Shown here in pieces: positions 1 to 8,463 of a stretch of DNA of 64,000 nucleotides. The first letter of the stretch is position 1; every line of letters begins with the position of its first letter. Under the pieces are notes generated by a model. The model saw nothing but the letters and a program-made list of their open reading frames with translations. It was not told the origin of the DNA and ran no database searches. A program made the translations under genes and the position numbers. The stretch is from a phage. The DNA lies in the sequence record PZ151149.1; one strand, 5' to 3'.

Positions 1-360
1 TTAGTCACGGGAAGACAACCCAGCCATAAAACGGCTTAAAAGCGTGTCACGATAAGCAAAGCATAATTGCTTATCAGGGGCAGTATCACACAGGTTGCGT
101 TTTGTTTTAGCGAAACTGGCAATACTAAGATCCCATGCTCGATTTTTTCGTTTTTCATCTCGGCCTTGTTTATAGGCTTCGTCGAGTTCAAGTGCGATAA
201 AATCGCTACACATGTTATCATCATCACAGAAGGTTTTAATGATCTTTTTGTTGATCTCAAATCCTTTGTATTCGAACTTTGGATAAGGTCGCTCATTACT
301 AGCAAGCGCACCAGCAGAGAACATCATAGCAATCATAGCAATTATTGTCAACTTTTTCAT
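1..360 (-). CDS. hypothetical secreted protein with N-terminal signal peptide (119 aa)
   Basis: ORF with hydrophobic N-terminus MKKLTIIAMIAMMFSAGALA; stop at window position 1-3; directly downstream of the SLT gene. Confidence 0.5.
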   Translation of the reverse strand: MKKLTIIAMIAMMFSAGALASNERPYPKFEYKGFEINKKIIKTFCDDDNMCSDFIALELDEAYKQGRDEKRKNRAWDLSIASFAKTKRNLCDTAPDKQLCFAYRDTLLSRFMAGLSSRD

Positions 361-367
361 ACATTCC

Positions 368-958
368 TCAATAGCGTTTAGTTTTAAGAATGCCTTTACT
401 CTTTAGATGGTTAGCTTTTTTTAGTACGTCATCAGCATAACCTAAACCGGCTTTATAGTTCCACCCTGCATTGTAAGAAGCTAGCGCGAGTCGGATATTA
501 CCGTTTCGAACATCCAGCCAGTATGCTAACTCATCCATCGCGTAGAATGCAGAAACCTCGCGATTCATGATAAAGTTGATAGTCTGGCGATCACTCATTT
601 TAACACCGCGCTTTGCATTTTTCGCTTTCACCGTTTTAAGGTAATTTTGAAATAATCCATAAGCATGATGATTTTTCTTTGGTGATAAGTTTGCACCCGC
701 GCTTGATTCTTGCCATGCGATACCCGCCAAGATGTGACCTAAACCCTTTCCGTTATAGCGAATATTCGGATGGTCCTTTTTCAACTTACCGCTTTTCTCG
801 AATTGCTCGCCGTATTGATAGGCGAAATGTAAATTATCTAGTTGGTGTGCTGTAAAGTTGTCTATCGGCGCTTTTTTGATCGGTGCGCTAGTCGATGCGT
901 GTGTAGCACCAACGGCTAGTGACAGACTCAATACTATCGCTTTTAGAACTTTTAACAT
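368..958 (-). CDS. lytic transglycosylase (SLT-domain) with signal peptide
   Basis: Signal-peptide-like N-terminus; motifs WQESS...YGLFQ...ASYNAG typical of soluble lytic transglycosylase family; RBS AGGAG upstream. Confidence 0.6.
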   Translation of the reverse strand: MLKVLKAIVLSLSLAVGATHASTSAPIKKAPIDNFTAHQLDNLHFAYQYGEQFEKSGKLKKDHPNIRYNGKGLGHILAGIAWQESSAGANLSPKKNHHAYGLFQNYLKTVKAKNAKRGVKMSDRQTINFIMNREVSAFYAMDELAYWLDVRNGNIRLALASYNAGWNYKAGLGYADDVLKKANHLKSKGILKTKRY

Positions 959-992
959 TAATTTCTCCTGTTTGGCTTAACTTTCTGATTCC

Positions 993-1021
993 ATAATATA
1001 GCCCTATCACCAGAAAGTCAA
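993..1021 (-). promoter_or_regulatory. sigma70-like promoter (TTGACT-N17-TATTAT) upstream of the lytic transglycosylase gene
   Basis: Hexamers read on minus strand with 17-nt spacer. Confidence 0.4.
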
Positions 1022-1043
1022 GCATTAATTTAACAAATTTCCA

Positions 1044-1466
1044 TTATTGGTCTACCCTCAAAACAACAGCCGACATTTTACCCGCAAGTCGTTTTGGATT
1101 CTCTATAATCATTCGGCAGCATAGACCGTGATACGGTTTACCCTCTTCGATTAGATCTACTGTCATTCCGATCCACATGTTACCGTCAGTAATTTCTAAT
1201 CGATTAGGTCGGTCTTCCATTTTCAGGAAGTCGAAGATCTCCGGCAAACGAGTTTCTACCTTATTGAATAGTTCCATTGTCTTATGTTCATCGATATGAC
1301 GATCGGTTAATCTGTCGATCATATGTGGACTAAAGCGAATGAAAATATACTCGCCGTAACCATCATTCAAGCACTTTTCTTTGATCTGCGCATTGGTTTT
1401 GCGCATTTCGGTTTCGAAGAATCTGCGCAGCTTACTACGGCGAACATGTACGTTAATTGTTTCCAT
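1044..1466 (-). CDS. hypothetical protein (140 aa)
   Basis: ORF from ATG at 1466 with AGGAG RBS; track ORF extends upstream without RBS. Confidence 0.5.
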   Translation of the reverse strand: METINVHVRRSKLRRFFETEMRKTNAQIKEKCLNDGYGEYIFIRFSPHMIDRLTDRHIDEHKTMELFNKVETRLPEIFDFLKMEDRPNRLEITDGNMWIGMTVDLIEEGKPYHGLCCRMIIENPKRLAGKMSAVVLRVDQ

Positions 1467-1467
1467 T

Positions 1468-1806
1468 TTATTCTCCTTTCTTGAACAAATTGCGAAGCCA
1501 GTATACAAACGGGATTTCTTTAAACTTGAATTTCTCTATAGTTAATTCTTTAGTAGCAAGATGAATACCATAAGAATCATGTGTCACGATATGCCATTTT
1601 CTATAGTCCAAATGTGAACAACCATTTGAATCTAGGTTAATAATAGTTTCTCGCTCACTAGGATTGTTTTTCCACGATTTTGTAATCGGATCGCACATAA
1701 TTCGACCTAGCGTACCATGAATAATCTCGCATTTGTAAACCTTTCCGGCAGTGATATAAGCGCAACCGTCATAGTCGGTATAAACAAACACTTCTTTAAC
1801 ACTCAT
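1468..1806 (-). CDS. hypothetical protein (112 aa), member of small tandem paralog group
   Basis: ATG at 1806 with AGGAG RBS, preceded by conserved promoter-leader module; shares CSHLD..W motif with next two ORFs. Confidence 0.5.
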   Translation of the reverse strand: MSVKEVFVYTDYDGCAYITAGKVYKCEIIHGTLGRIMCDPITKSWKNNPSERETIINLDSNGCSHLDYRKWHIVTHDSYGIHLATKELTIEKFKFKEIPFVYWLRNLFKKGE

Positions 1807-1837
1807 TTTAATACTCCTTTGTAGTTTCGATGGGGGT

Positions 1838-1866
1838 ATATTACTACCCCCGTTTTGACGTGTCAA
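1838..1866 (-). promoter_or_regulatory. early promoter-leader module copy 1 (TTGACA-N17-TAATAT)
   Basis: Consensus hexamers, 17-nt spacer, leader ACCCCCATCGAAAC then AGGAG. Confidence 0.6.
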
Positions 1867-2112
1867 CTACTTTTTCAAGAATTTTTTGAGTACATTCCAA
1901 AGACCTTTATTCTCGGCTTGTTTTGGTTCTTCGATCAGTGTCCATGTTCGACCGTCTAAGTGTGCACAATTTTTAAGGCAAATAAAAATCTGGTGTCCCT
2001 TATCATCACGGATATAACCACTATTCGCAAATCTTTCATGTGGTGTATATTCATACAGTGTATTCGGTGTAATATACTTGCGGTTACTATAAGGTGTCGT
2101 TACATATTTCAT
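1867..2112 (-). CDS. hypothetical protein (81 aa), tandem paralog
   Basis: ORF; motif Y.TP...GYI.DD.G..I...L..C.HLDG..W shared with 2109..2303. Confidence 0.45.
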   Translation of the reverse strand: MKYVTTPYSNRKYITPNTLYEYTPHERFANSGYIRDDKGHQIFICLKNCAHLDGRTWTLIEEPKQAENKGLWNVLKKFLKK

Positions 2113-2303
2113 GGTACTAACTCCCAACGATCACCGCGAAGATGAGAACATCCACCATCAAGAAGGATCGTAATACGAAACCCCGCATCATCTTCAATAT
2201 ACCCGATAGTCGGTGGATGTTCGTCGTCTCGTGTCGGGGTAAAATCATACATCTTTCCCGGTGTGATATCATTGCCTTTATTGCTATTGGTATAAACTTG
2301 CAT
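2109..2303 (-). CDS. hypothetical protein (64 aa), tandem paralog
   Basis: ORF; same motif as neighbour; stop overlaps next start (ATGA). Confidence 0.45.
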   Translation of the reverse strand: MQVYTNSNKGNDITPGKMYDFTPTRDDEHPPTIGYIEDDAGFRITILLDGGCSHLRGDRWELVP

Positions 2304-2324
2304 TTTCTTAATCTCCTACATTAA

Positions 2325-3023
2325 CTAACCACGGGTATAGTGTTCCAGAACAACGGTCAGATGAATATATTCTAATAAATCTTTCCAAAAGTCAACATCT
2401 GGTTCTTCCGGCATACCGTTTTTCTTTGCCTCTTCACGCGCGAGTTTAACACGCTCGTAGAGATCTTTCAATTCTTCCCGCACATTATCAAAGGTTCTTT
2501 CTCCTAACTTACACGCTAAAATAGAAGAACGTCGCGCGAGAGGGAATTGTAGATCACCAGTCTGATAGATTTCAAGTAGCTGATAACCAACACGCAGAGC
2601 ATGAGAAAGGTCTTTCCAGTTACTGAAATACTTTTCAGATTTGGCTACCTGCTTTTTGAGATAACCGGAGCACCCCCACATACCAACATGATAGAATTTA
2701 TCGCGATGTGTTCGGATGTATTCCCATTCTCTGGAGGATTCAATCAACATGTTACTAGGCGCGTGCACCATGTCAATAGCGCCGATATCACCTTTACATG
2801 CCAGATTGATAAACCGTTTTAGACTGAACATATTAACGTCAATATCGTCTTTGGTGTTCTTGATACCTTGACCGCTAGTGCTTTGGTCATAGTGTTCTTT
2901 CATCGATCCTAAGATAATTTCTTTCGCAGTCGGAACAAAGATACCACGATAATCTTTATCGGAATTTTCAGTATCAAGGCCGTATAAGTGAGATCCGAAG
3001 ACCATTTTAACCATTGTATGCAT
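2325..3023 (-). CDS. nucleotidyltransferase-like protein (Pol-beta-type NTase fold)
   Basis: N-terminal GSHLYGLDTENSDKDYRG motif (GS..YG...SD.D) typical of predicted nucleotidyltransferases; start may be one of three nearby Met codons. Confidence 0.5.
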   Translation of the reverse strand: MHTMVKMVFGSHLYGLDTENSDKDYRGIFVPTAKEIILGSMKEHYDQSTSGQGIKNTKDDIDVNMFSLKRFINLACKGDIGAIDMVHAPSNMLIESSREWEYIRTHRDKFYHVGMWGCSGYLKKQVAKSEKYFSNWKDLSHALRVGYQLLEIYQTGDLQFPLARRSSILACKLGERTFDNVREELKDLYERVKLAREEAKKNGMPEEPDVDFWKDLLEYIHLTVVLEHYTRG

Positions 3024-3036
3024 AATTAAACCCTCA

Positions 3037-3567
3037 TTAGTATTTTACGTTACGTCGAACGCCTTTTCGAATCTGACAAATAGCAGACGGTGAAACATTA
3101 TATTTTCTTGCAAGTTCTACACCCTTCATATGGGGAGAAGATAAAATCTCTTCCACTTGGTCGTCGGTAAGTTTTGCGTTTCCGTGGTTCTCTCCCCAAT
3201 TGTTGTTTAATCCTTCTTCCTTCGCATGAACAAGATTTCGGGTATCTGTCGTCCATTCAAGATTATAAAGGTCATAGTTTTGTTTGTTTCCATCCTTATG
3301 ATTAACTACACGGTAGTTATTTGGATTCGGAATAAACGCAACCGCCATAGCTTTATGCATGTTCACGGTTTTTCTAAATCCATCCGGCTTATAACATACT
3401 GTAAATTTAGAATAACCAGTTTTACCATAAACACTAATATAATTTCCGGTCTCTGTATTTCTAACCCTACCATGAGAGCTAATCTCAAATTGAGTGTAGG
3501 GCAACAGCGCATCAATCACTTTCCATTCTTCGACAGGATGGTCATCACAATATCTTTTAATCATCAT
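3037..3567 (-). CDS. HNH homing endonuclease (NUMOD4-like N-terminus)
   Basis: Motif VNHKDGNKQNYDLYNLEW (HNH) and N-terminal W..I....YEIS..GRVRN pattern; sits after a terminator between conserved genes. Confidence 0.65.
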   Translation of the reverse strand: MMIKRYCDDHPVEEWKVIDALLPYTQFEISSHGRVRNTETGNYISVYGKTGYSKFTVCYKPDGFRKTVNMHKAMAVAFIPNPNNYRVVNHKDGNKQNYDLYNLEWTTDTRNLVHAKEEGLNNNWGENHGNAKLTDDQVEEILSSPHMKGVELARKYNVSPSAICQIRKGVRRNVKY

Positions 3568-3575
3568 ATCACCTC

Positions 3576-3607
3576 ATAAAAATAAAGCCAACCCTTTCGG
3601 ATTGGCT
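3576..3607 (-). terminator. rho-independent terminator after the GrcA-like gene
   Basis: Hairpin GCCAATCC-GAAA-GGGTTGGC followed by T-run on minus strand. Confidence 0.5.
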
Positions 3608-3614
3608 TAAAAAA

Positions 3615-4031
3615 TTACATTGCTTCCGTAAAGGTGCGCGAAATAACGTCACGTTGTTGGTCTGGAGTCAGACTATTGAATCTTACGGCATATCCGCTAA
3701 CGCGAATGGTTAGTTGCGGATACTTATCAGGATTAGCAACCGCATCAAGAAGAAGATCGCGACTCATCACATTGATATTCGCGTGCTGACCACCTTCGAC
3801 AACCGGAGCGCCATTATCTACAACAACCGGACGGAAGCTAGTTGTGTGCAGTGCCAGCGAATCGACGTCTTCGGCGGTGATCACATGTTCTTCTGCGAAA
3901 GTTTTACTAACAATTACTTTAGCGCCGATCAGTGCTTTCGGTTCGGATACCAGAATCATAGGCGCGAAGTGTCCACCGATAATAGTACCTTTATGCTCAC
4001 CTTTCATGATTTGAATTGCTTTAAATTCCAT
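3615..4031 (-). CDS. grcA: autonomous glycyl radical cofactor (GrcA/YfiD-like)
   Basis: C-terminal glycyl-radical fingerprint [13 protein letters not shown] identical in type to pyruvate formate-lyase/GrcA; T4 is known to encode a YfiD homolog. Confidence 0.75.
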   Translation of the reverse strand: MEFKAIQIMKGEHKGTIIGGHFAPMILVSEPKALIGAKVIVSKTFAEEHVITAEDVDSLALHTTSFRPVVVDNGAPVVEGGQHANINVMSRDLLLDAVANPDKYPQLTIRVSGYAVRFNSLTPDQQRDVISRTFTEAM

Positions 4032-4166
4032 AATTCACCTCTTATAGATCAGGACGTTCGTCATTAACTTTTCCAACCAAAACCCCATAGAGCCTATCAG
4101 GTTGGACTTTACGATTCTTTTTAATTGTAGCACGAAATCGACGAGCTACGCTATCTTTATTTTTCA

Positions 4167-4652
4167 TCAGTTGATACCTAAGCCAATGAAAATAGGTTGG
4201 TCTTCTACATTACCCATCCCAACACTAAGTCGATTTACTTCTAAAAACTGCAATACGCTGTCAGTAAATCCTCGCATGGTAGTATCTAGGATAAAGATTG
4301 TTTTGTCAAGACTACGACCTCGCCAAGTGATCGGATTCAGGAAAGTTCGGATCGAAGTGCAATCTACATTTGAAATGTTGATATTTTCACCGCGACCGCG
4401 TTCTCGGATCGTTTTGGCATGTTCCCGCGTTGTTGAAACGATAAAAACACTATATCCTTTTCGCGTATAATGGTCATATAACTTGATTGTAGCGTCTGTA
4501 TGCCCTGTTTGACGGCCTAAATTGATTGAGACGATGGAATCTAGGTCATCAGCAAAATTACGTCGCTTACGGCGTTCTATGATGCCATCTACGGCAGATA
4601 CACACGCAGCATAAATCAAATCTTTACTTTCTAATTTTACATCAATATTCAT
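4167..4652 (-). CDS. hypothetical protein (161 aa)
   Basis: ORF with ATG start; no recognisable motif. Confidence 0.5.
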   Translation of the reverse strand: MNIDVKLESKDLIYAACVSAVDGIIERRKRRNFADDLDSIVSINLGRQTGHTDATIKLYDHYTRKGYSVFIVSTTREHAKTIRERGRGENINISNVDCTSIRTFLNPITWRGRSLDKTIFILDTTMRGFTDSVLQFLEVNRLSVGMGNVEDQPIFIGLGIN

Positions 4653-4714
4653 GGTAAAGTCTCCAGTGAACGGGGAGAGATCCTTAGATTGTCTCCCCGT
4701 TGATGGTTAATATT

Positions 4715-5104
4715 TTATTTTGGATCTGGGTATTTGCTGTGTGGCAATTGTAGATGAGGACCATCTTTGAAACTAGACCAATCCCCACCCCATTCAACAG
4801 GAACACCCAATTCTCGACCAGCTTGTTTAAATGCATCAGCGATCATGCGGTAATATTTCATGTTCCATGTATCCTTATCTTTAGGATACGCTACAACGTC
4901 AACCGCGAAACCGTGAAGATGACGAGATTTCATAGTCTTAGATTTACCTTCCGCAACATATTTCTTTTGCGTTTCTAGACTACGCACACCTTCCGTAATA
5001 CCAAAATCGACCGGAGTCAGTTCTAATGCACGATGAACGACTTTTACCAGGTCTGGATGTACACCAACAAGCCGATCTTTGCTTCTTTGAGATAATTTAA
5101 ACAT
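4715..5104 (-). CDS. L-alanyl-D-glutamate peptidase endolysin (peptidase M15, T5 Lys-like)
   Basis: Close resemblance to remembered phage T5 endolysin N-terminus (V.P.L.KV..RALEL.P.DF.I..G.R) and SRHLHGFAVDV zinc-binding motif. Confidence 0.7.
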   Translation of the reverse strand: MFKLSQRSKDRLVGVHPDLVKVVHRALELTPVDFGITEGVRSLETQKKYVAEGKSKTMKSRHLHGFAVDVVAYPKDKDTWNMKYYRMIADAFKQAGRELGVPVEWGGDWSSFKDGPHLQLPHSKYPDPK

Positions 5105-5132
5105 TATTCACCCCCTTTGTGAGTGATAATAT

Positions 5133-5324
5133 TTAGATTCCTGTGATCCTGCATAGAGTTCTTGTATTAGCACCAATCAGGATCGCATTAACGGCAACCA
5201 TTCCCCAATCAACCCACGGATTATTATAAATGCTAAATCCGTTTGCTAGGCCAAATACAAGCATTCCGGTACACATACTCAGAGCAATAATCAACATCAC
5301 GGTAAAACCAAATGCAAATCTCAT
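5133..5324 (-). CDS. small membrane protein (63 aa)
   Basis: ORF, two hydrophobic segments. Confidence 0.4.
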   Translation of the reverse strand: MRFAFGFTVMLIIALSMCTGMLVFGLANGFSIYNNPWVDWGMVAVNAILIGANTRTLCRITGI

Positions 5325-5325
5325 A

Positions 5326-5541
5326 TTATTTTCCTTTTCTCTGTTTACGTTTATAAAAGTAATACATTACCTCATCGCGTCCGGTGATCCAACATGCTAG
5401 GGCGGTAAACAGGTTTACAATTCCCAACACACCTACGGATGCGGCGCTGTCAACAGACATAGGAACAGTAAAGGCCATAACTAACATAGCAACGCCACAA
5501 ATGACATTAAGCACCATTATAATAAGACCGAAGAAAACCAT
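5326..5541 (-). CDS. holin-like small membrane protein (71 aa from internal ATG; long form starts 5592)
   Basis: Two hydrophobic helices followed by basic tail YKRKQRKGK; ATG at 5541 lies 3 nt after upstream stop. Confidence 0.4.
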   Translation of the reverse strand: MVFFGLIIMVLNVICGVAMLVMAFTVPMSVDSAASVGVLGIVNLFTALACWITGRDEVMYYFYKRKQRKGK

Positions 5542-5543
5542 TG

Positions 5544-5723
5544 TCAATCCTCCGACACAAGAAAACCAACAATCACGCCAGTGATAAGACATGATGCACC
5601 GCTAATAAGACAACCCGCGCCAAGTGATTCCCACCATATAAGGGAAGCGACGATAACACAGAGTCCCCAGACTACAGCAATCACAACATAGGCAATGGTC
5701 GCCCAAAACATATATTTGTTCAT
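5544..5723 (-). CDS. small membrane protein (59 aa)
   Basis: ORF; ATGA start-stop overlap with upstream gene. Confidence 0.4.
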   Translation of the reverse strand: MNKYMFWATIAYVVIAVVWGLCVIVASLIWWESLGAGCLISGASCLITGVIVGFLVSED

Positions 5724-5908
5724 AATAAATCCCATTCACCAAACAAATAAGAAAAAAGCCATATCAACAGAAACGAGGCGATTGATCCAGCAAGCAAAAT
5801 GATATTAGAGAATCCGCCGTCTATCCAGCCAATCAAACAGAATACGCCAGTATAGAAGCACAACCCCAGCACAAAGCATACTATAATCAACCATAGATAA
5901 AACGCCAT
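5720..5908 (-). CDS. small membrane protein (62 aa)
   Basis: ORF, strongly hydrophobic. Confidence 0.4.
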   Translation of the reverse strand: MAFYLWLIIVCFVLGLCFYTGVFCLIGWIDGGFSNIILLAGSIASFLLIWLFSYLFGEWDLL

Positions 5909-5969
5909 AGAAAGCCCTCCAGTTAGCTAATTTAGTGCGGGTAGTACATTCCCCTACCCGCTTTGTTAA

Positions 5970-6128
5970 TCAACGTAGAGCTTGTTCTAAAGCGATTCCA
6001 AACCATCCGCAAACAACACCCATACAGACAGCGACAAGAAGACTCATTCTCTCTTTAGGGATCATTGCAATCATAACAACAACCATACAGAAAGCCATTA
6101 CCATTGCAGTTAACATTTGTTCAATCAT
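5970..6128 (-). CDS. small membrane protein (52 aa)
   Basis: Minus-strand ORF MIEQMLTAMVMAFCMVVVMIAMIP...; below the ORF-track size cutoff; track shows only an antisense ORF here. Confidence 0.35.
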   Translation of the reverse strand: MIEQMLTAMVMAFCMVVVMIAMIPKERMSLLVAVCMGVVCGWFGIALEQALR

Positions 6129-6130
6129 TA

Positions 6131-6445
6131 TCACACCTTCAAAGTCATAGACGCATAGACATTAATACCAGGCCAGTTAGGATCGCAATTATACTCAACA
6201 TCCCATAGATAAAGCGGTTTAGATGTATCAGCCAGGTTTTTAAAATCTTCTACCCACATTTCAAGGCTATATGAAGGATAAACTAGGCTATCATACCCTC
6301 CGTAACGTTGGCCTACTGGTCGGTCAGTAAAGACTACCTCAAGATCCGGTAATTCTTTTTCTAGGATAACCGCCAGCGCATAAATCAGGCGGTCTTCCTT
6401 GTTACGCTGCCGTAGGACCGTTGTCAGTTGGTTCGTCTGGTTCAC
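6131..6445 (-). CDS. hypothetical protein (about 104 aa)
   Basis: ORF; likely GTG start at 6445 with GGAGG RBS 9 nt upstream; overlaps 3' end of upstream gene. Confidence 0.4.
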   Translation of the reverse strand: MNQTNQLTTVLRQRNKEDRLIYALAVILEKELPDLEVVFTDRPVGQRYGGYDSLVYPSYSLEMWVEDFKNLADTSKPLYLWDVEYNCDPNWPGINVYASMTLKV

Positions 6446-6722
6446 TAGCAACTACCTCCACATTTTCACAGAATGAAATTTTCACAGACACAATTTTACC
6501 ATAAGTGAAGAATGAATATACATTATCGAGATATTCAACGTCACCTACAATCACATCAAACTGCGGATCAGCAACTGCCGCAACATATTCTACCAGTTCA
6601 TCAAGAGAATGCAACTTAATTTCATCAATTCGGCTGTATTTGGTTGCATCTTTGATCTTAAAACCACGTTCTTTCAGTTTATCGATCAGAATTTCGCGCG
6701 GAGTTTCAAACAGTTTACTCAT
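6402..6722 (-). CDS. hypothetical protein (106 aa)
   Basis: ORF with ATG start. Confidence 0.5.
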   Translation of the reverse strand: MSKLFETPREILIDKLKERGFKIKDATKYSRIDEIKLHSLDELVEYVAAVADPQFDVIVGDVEYLDNVYSFFTYGKIVSVKISFCENVEVVASEPDEPTDNGPTAA

Positions 6723-6740
6723 AATATAATCCTCACACAG

Positions 6741-6941
6741 TTAATCAGTATAGTCAATAATCTTGCACATTACAATTGAAAGAACAAAGACCGCAACCCA
6801 CATATAGATCCCAGCAATCAATGCTACTTCAATATCACAATATCCAAGAAGTACAACAGGAATAAAAACAAACATACAGACCAGCGCAATGAAACTAGCA
6901 TATACGCTCGAAAATATGATGGCACTATTATTAATTTTCAT
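6741..6941 (-). CDS. small membrane protein (66 aa)
   Basis: ORF, hydrophobic. Confidence 0.4.
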   Translation of the reverse strand: MKINNSAIIFSSVYASFIALVCMFVFIPVVLLGYCDIEVALIAGIYMWVAVFVLSIVMCKIIDYTD

Positions 6942-6942
6942 A

Positions 6943-7125
6943 TTAACAATCCTCGCGGTTTAAGTCAACTATAATTGCATACAGCATAATGAAAACACTA
7001 GCAGATCCTAGAATCAATGCACCGTCACATTTTGAAACGCGCTCATCAAAATGTAACATTATCCATCCGAGGATGTTAAAGGCGCAGACCGCGCCTATGT
7101 TCGCTAACCAATTAATCTTTTTCAT
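6943..7125 (-). CDS. small membrane protein (60 aa)
   Basis: ORF, hydrophobic. Confidence 0.4.
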   Translation of the reverse strand: MKKINWLANIGAVCAFNILGWIMLHFDERVSKCDGALILGSASVFIMLYAIIVDLNREDC

Positions 7126-7133
7126 AATATACC

Positions 7134-7460
7134 TTAGAAAGAAACAGTTTTCAAGAAATCCAGATTTTCAGTACCGAAAACAGAAAAGTAGTGTTTTCCT
7201 TTTTCGGTTTTAGAGAAAGCGATTGTCTTCTCTACATGGTGACGGAAGCCAGACAGACGATCACCCAGGTCAAGGCGGCAAGCGTAAGTAGTGCCGTTTT
7301 CGAAAGTAACCTCGATTTGAGTTTTGTCATATTCGCTTTCATAGGCTTTTGCTGCCGCGTCCTGTGCTTTACGCTCGAAGTCTTCGAAGTGGAATACTTC
7401 GTTTGCGTTAGCGAATACAGAAGATTCAGAGAAGATAACTTTAACAGATACTGGTTTCAT
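7134..7460 (-). CDS. hypothetical protein (108 aa)
   Basis: ORF preceded by conserved promoter-leader module and AGGAG RBS. Confidence 0.55.
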   Translation of the reverse strand: MKPVSVKVIFSESSVFANANEVFHFEDFERKAQDAAAKAYESEYDKTQIEVTFENGTTYACRLDLGDRLSGFRHHVEKTIAFSKTEKGKHYFSVFGTENLDFLKTVSF

Positions 7461-7502
7461 TTTGATACTCCTTAGTAGTTCGTGTTTCGTTTCGATGGGT
7501 GT

Positions 7503-7531
7503 ATTATGATATACACCCTATCGTGTGTCAA
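7503..7531 (-). promoter_or_regulatory. early promoter-leader module copy 2 (TTGACA-N17-CATAAT)
   Basis: Consensus hexamers plus leader ACACCCATCGAAACGAAACAC. Confidence 0.6.
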
Positions 7532-7539
7532 CAACTTTT

Positions 7540-7728
7540 TTAGTCTTTTTTCATAATTTCTAGGGCAGTTTCTACCGCACCTTTCCAACCTTCCCACATA
7601 ATGGACATAGTGATGAAGGTAAAGCACCCGCAGGAATCAGCCTTTTTAGAAATAAACCATTCTACAAACTCTTCGCTCATACCATGCTCTTTAGCGGATT
7701 CGCGTAATTGTTCAATTTTGTCTTCCAT
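7540..7728 (-). CDS. hypothetical protein (62 aa)
   Basis: ORF. Confidence 0.4.
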   Translation of the reverse strand: MEDKIEQLRESAKEHGMSEEFVEWFISKKADSCGCFTFITMSIMWEGWKGAVETALEIMKKD

Positions 7729-7737
7729 AGTATCACC

Positions 7738-7926
7738 TCAACACTTAACGTTATTCAATCGATTTTGAAAGTACATATAACAAGCATAGTTCTGTTTTGG
7801 TTGTACCGTATCAGATAGACACGCTTTTACAGCCTCGCGGTCCGATGGATCTACACCCTCAGCTTTAAGTAATGCTAAAATCTGGTTATAGCGTACTCTT
7901 AGTTGTACTAATGGTTTCTCCCCCAT
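7738..7926 (-). CDS. hypothetical protein (62 aa)
   Basis: ORF. Confidence 0.4.
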   Translation of the reverse strand: MGEKPLVQLRVRYNQILALLKAEGVDPSDREAVKACLSDTVQPKQNYACYMYFQNRLNNVKC

Positions 7927-7937
7927 AATATACCCTC

Positions 7938-8165
7938 TTACAGTTGATCAGCAATGTATGCGGTGCATTTGCGGAGTTTAGCCATAGCACCACCTTTCAT
8001 GTCGCTTGCGCCTACAATGTTCATGATCTCTAAGCGATCAGCCGGATTCAGTCTAGTAGCCCAGATCTGGTTAGCCAGTTCCATTTTACCCATCTGCGGT
8101 TCCATCTCAAACAGTTCACGCTCAAAGTCGATAATTTCTTTTGCTGCGTCTTTAAAGTTAATCAT
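7938..8165 (-). CDS. hypothetical protein (75 aa)
   Basis: ORF preceded by promoter-leader module. Confidence 0.5.
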   Translation of the reverse strand: MINFKDAAKEIIDFERELFEMEPQMGKMELANQIWATRLNPADRLEIMNIVGASDMKGGAMAKLRKCTAYIADQL

Positions 8166-8194
8166 TTTGATTCTCCCGTTTCGTTGATGGTTGT

Positions 8195-8223
8195 ATTGTA
8201 GGGGAGTTATCCTCCCCTGTCAA
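8195..8223 (-). promoter_or_regulatory. early promoter-leader module copy 3 (TTGACA-N17-TACAAT)
   Basis: Consensus hexamers plus leader ATCAACGAAACGGGAG. Confidence 0.6.
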
Positions 8224-8231
8224 CACTTTTA

Positions 8232-8417
8232 TCAGAAATATGCAATATAGTTTGCCAGTCCTACAGAGTCATCATTCGGCATTGCTTTTACTGCCAGTTC
8301 AAACCCTGCTTCAACTTTCTGTTTAGCGGATTCTTCGTTATAACCCCAAATTACCAGAATAGCTACTACGTTTTCTTTGCTTACTGCTTTCAGTGCTTTA
8401 GTGATGCGACGTGCCAT
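8232..8417 (-). CDS. hypothetical protein (61 aa)
   Basis: ORF preceded by promoter-leader module. Confidence 0.5.
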   Translation of the reverse strand: MARRITKALKAVSKENVVAILVIWGYNEESAKQKVEAGFELAVKAMPNDDSVGLANYIAYF

Positions 8418-8463
8418 AATTTGATTCTCCGTTTAAGAAAGTGTGTTTCGTTTCGATGGGTGT

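Noticed and set aside
5935-6150. 71-aa plus-strand ORF
   Set aside because: The minus strand here carries a better small membrane ORF (5970..6128) in line with the neighbouring operon; the plus-strand frame has no RBS.
6402-6451. Possible frameshift fusing ORFs 6402..6722 and 6131..6451
   Set aside because: A GTG at 6445 with a GGAGG RBS 9 nt upstream gives an ordinary overlapping start for the downstream gene, so no frameshift is needed.
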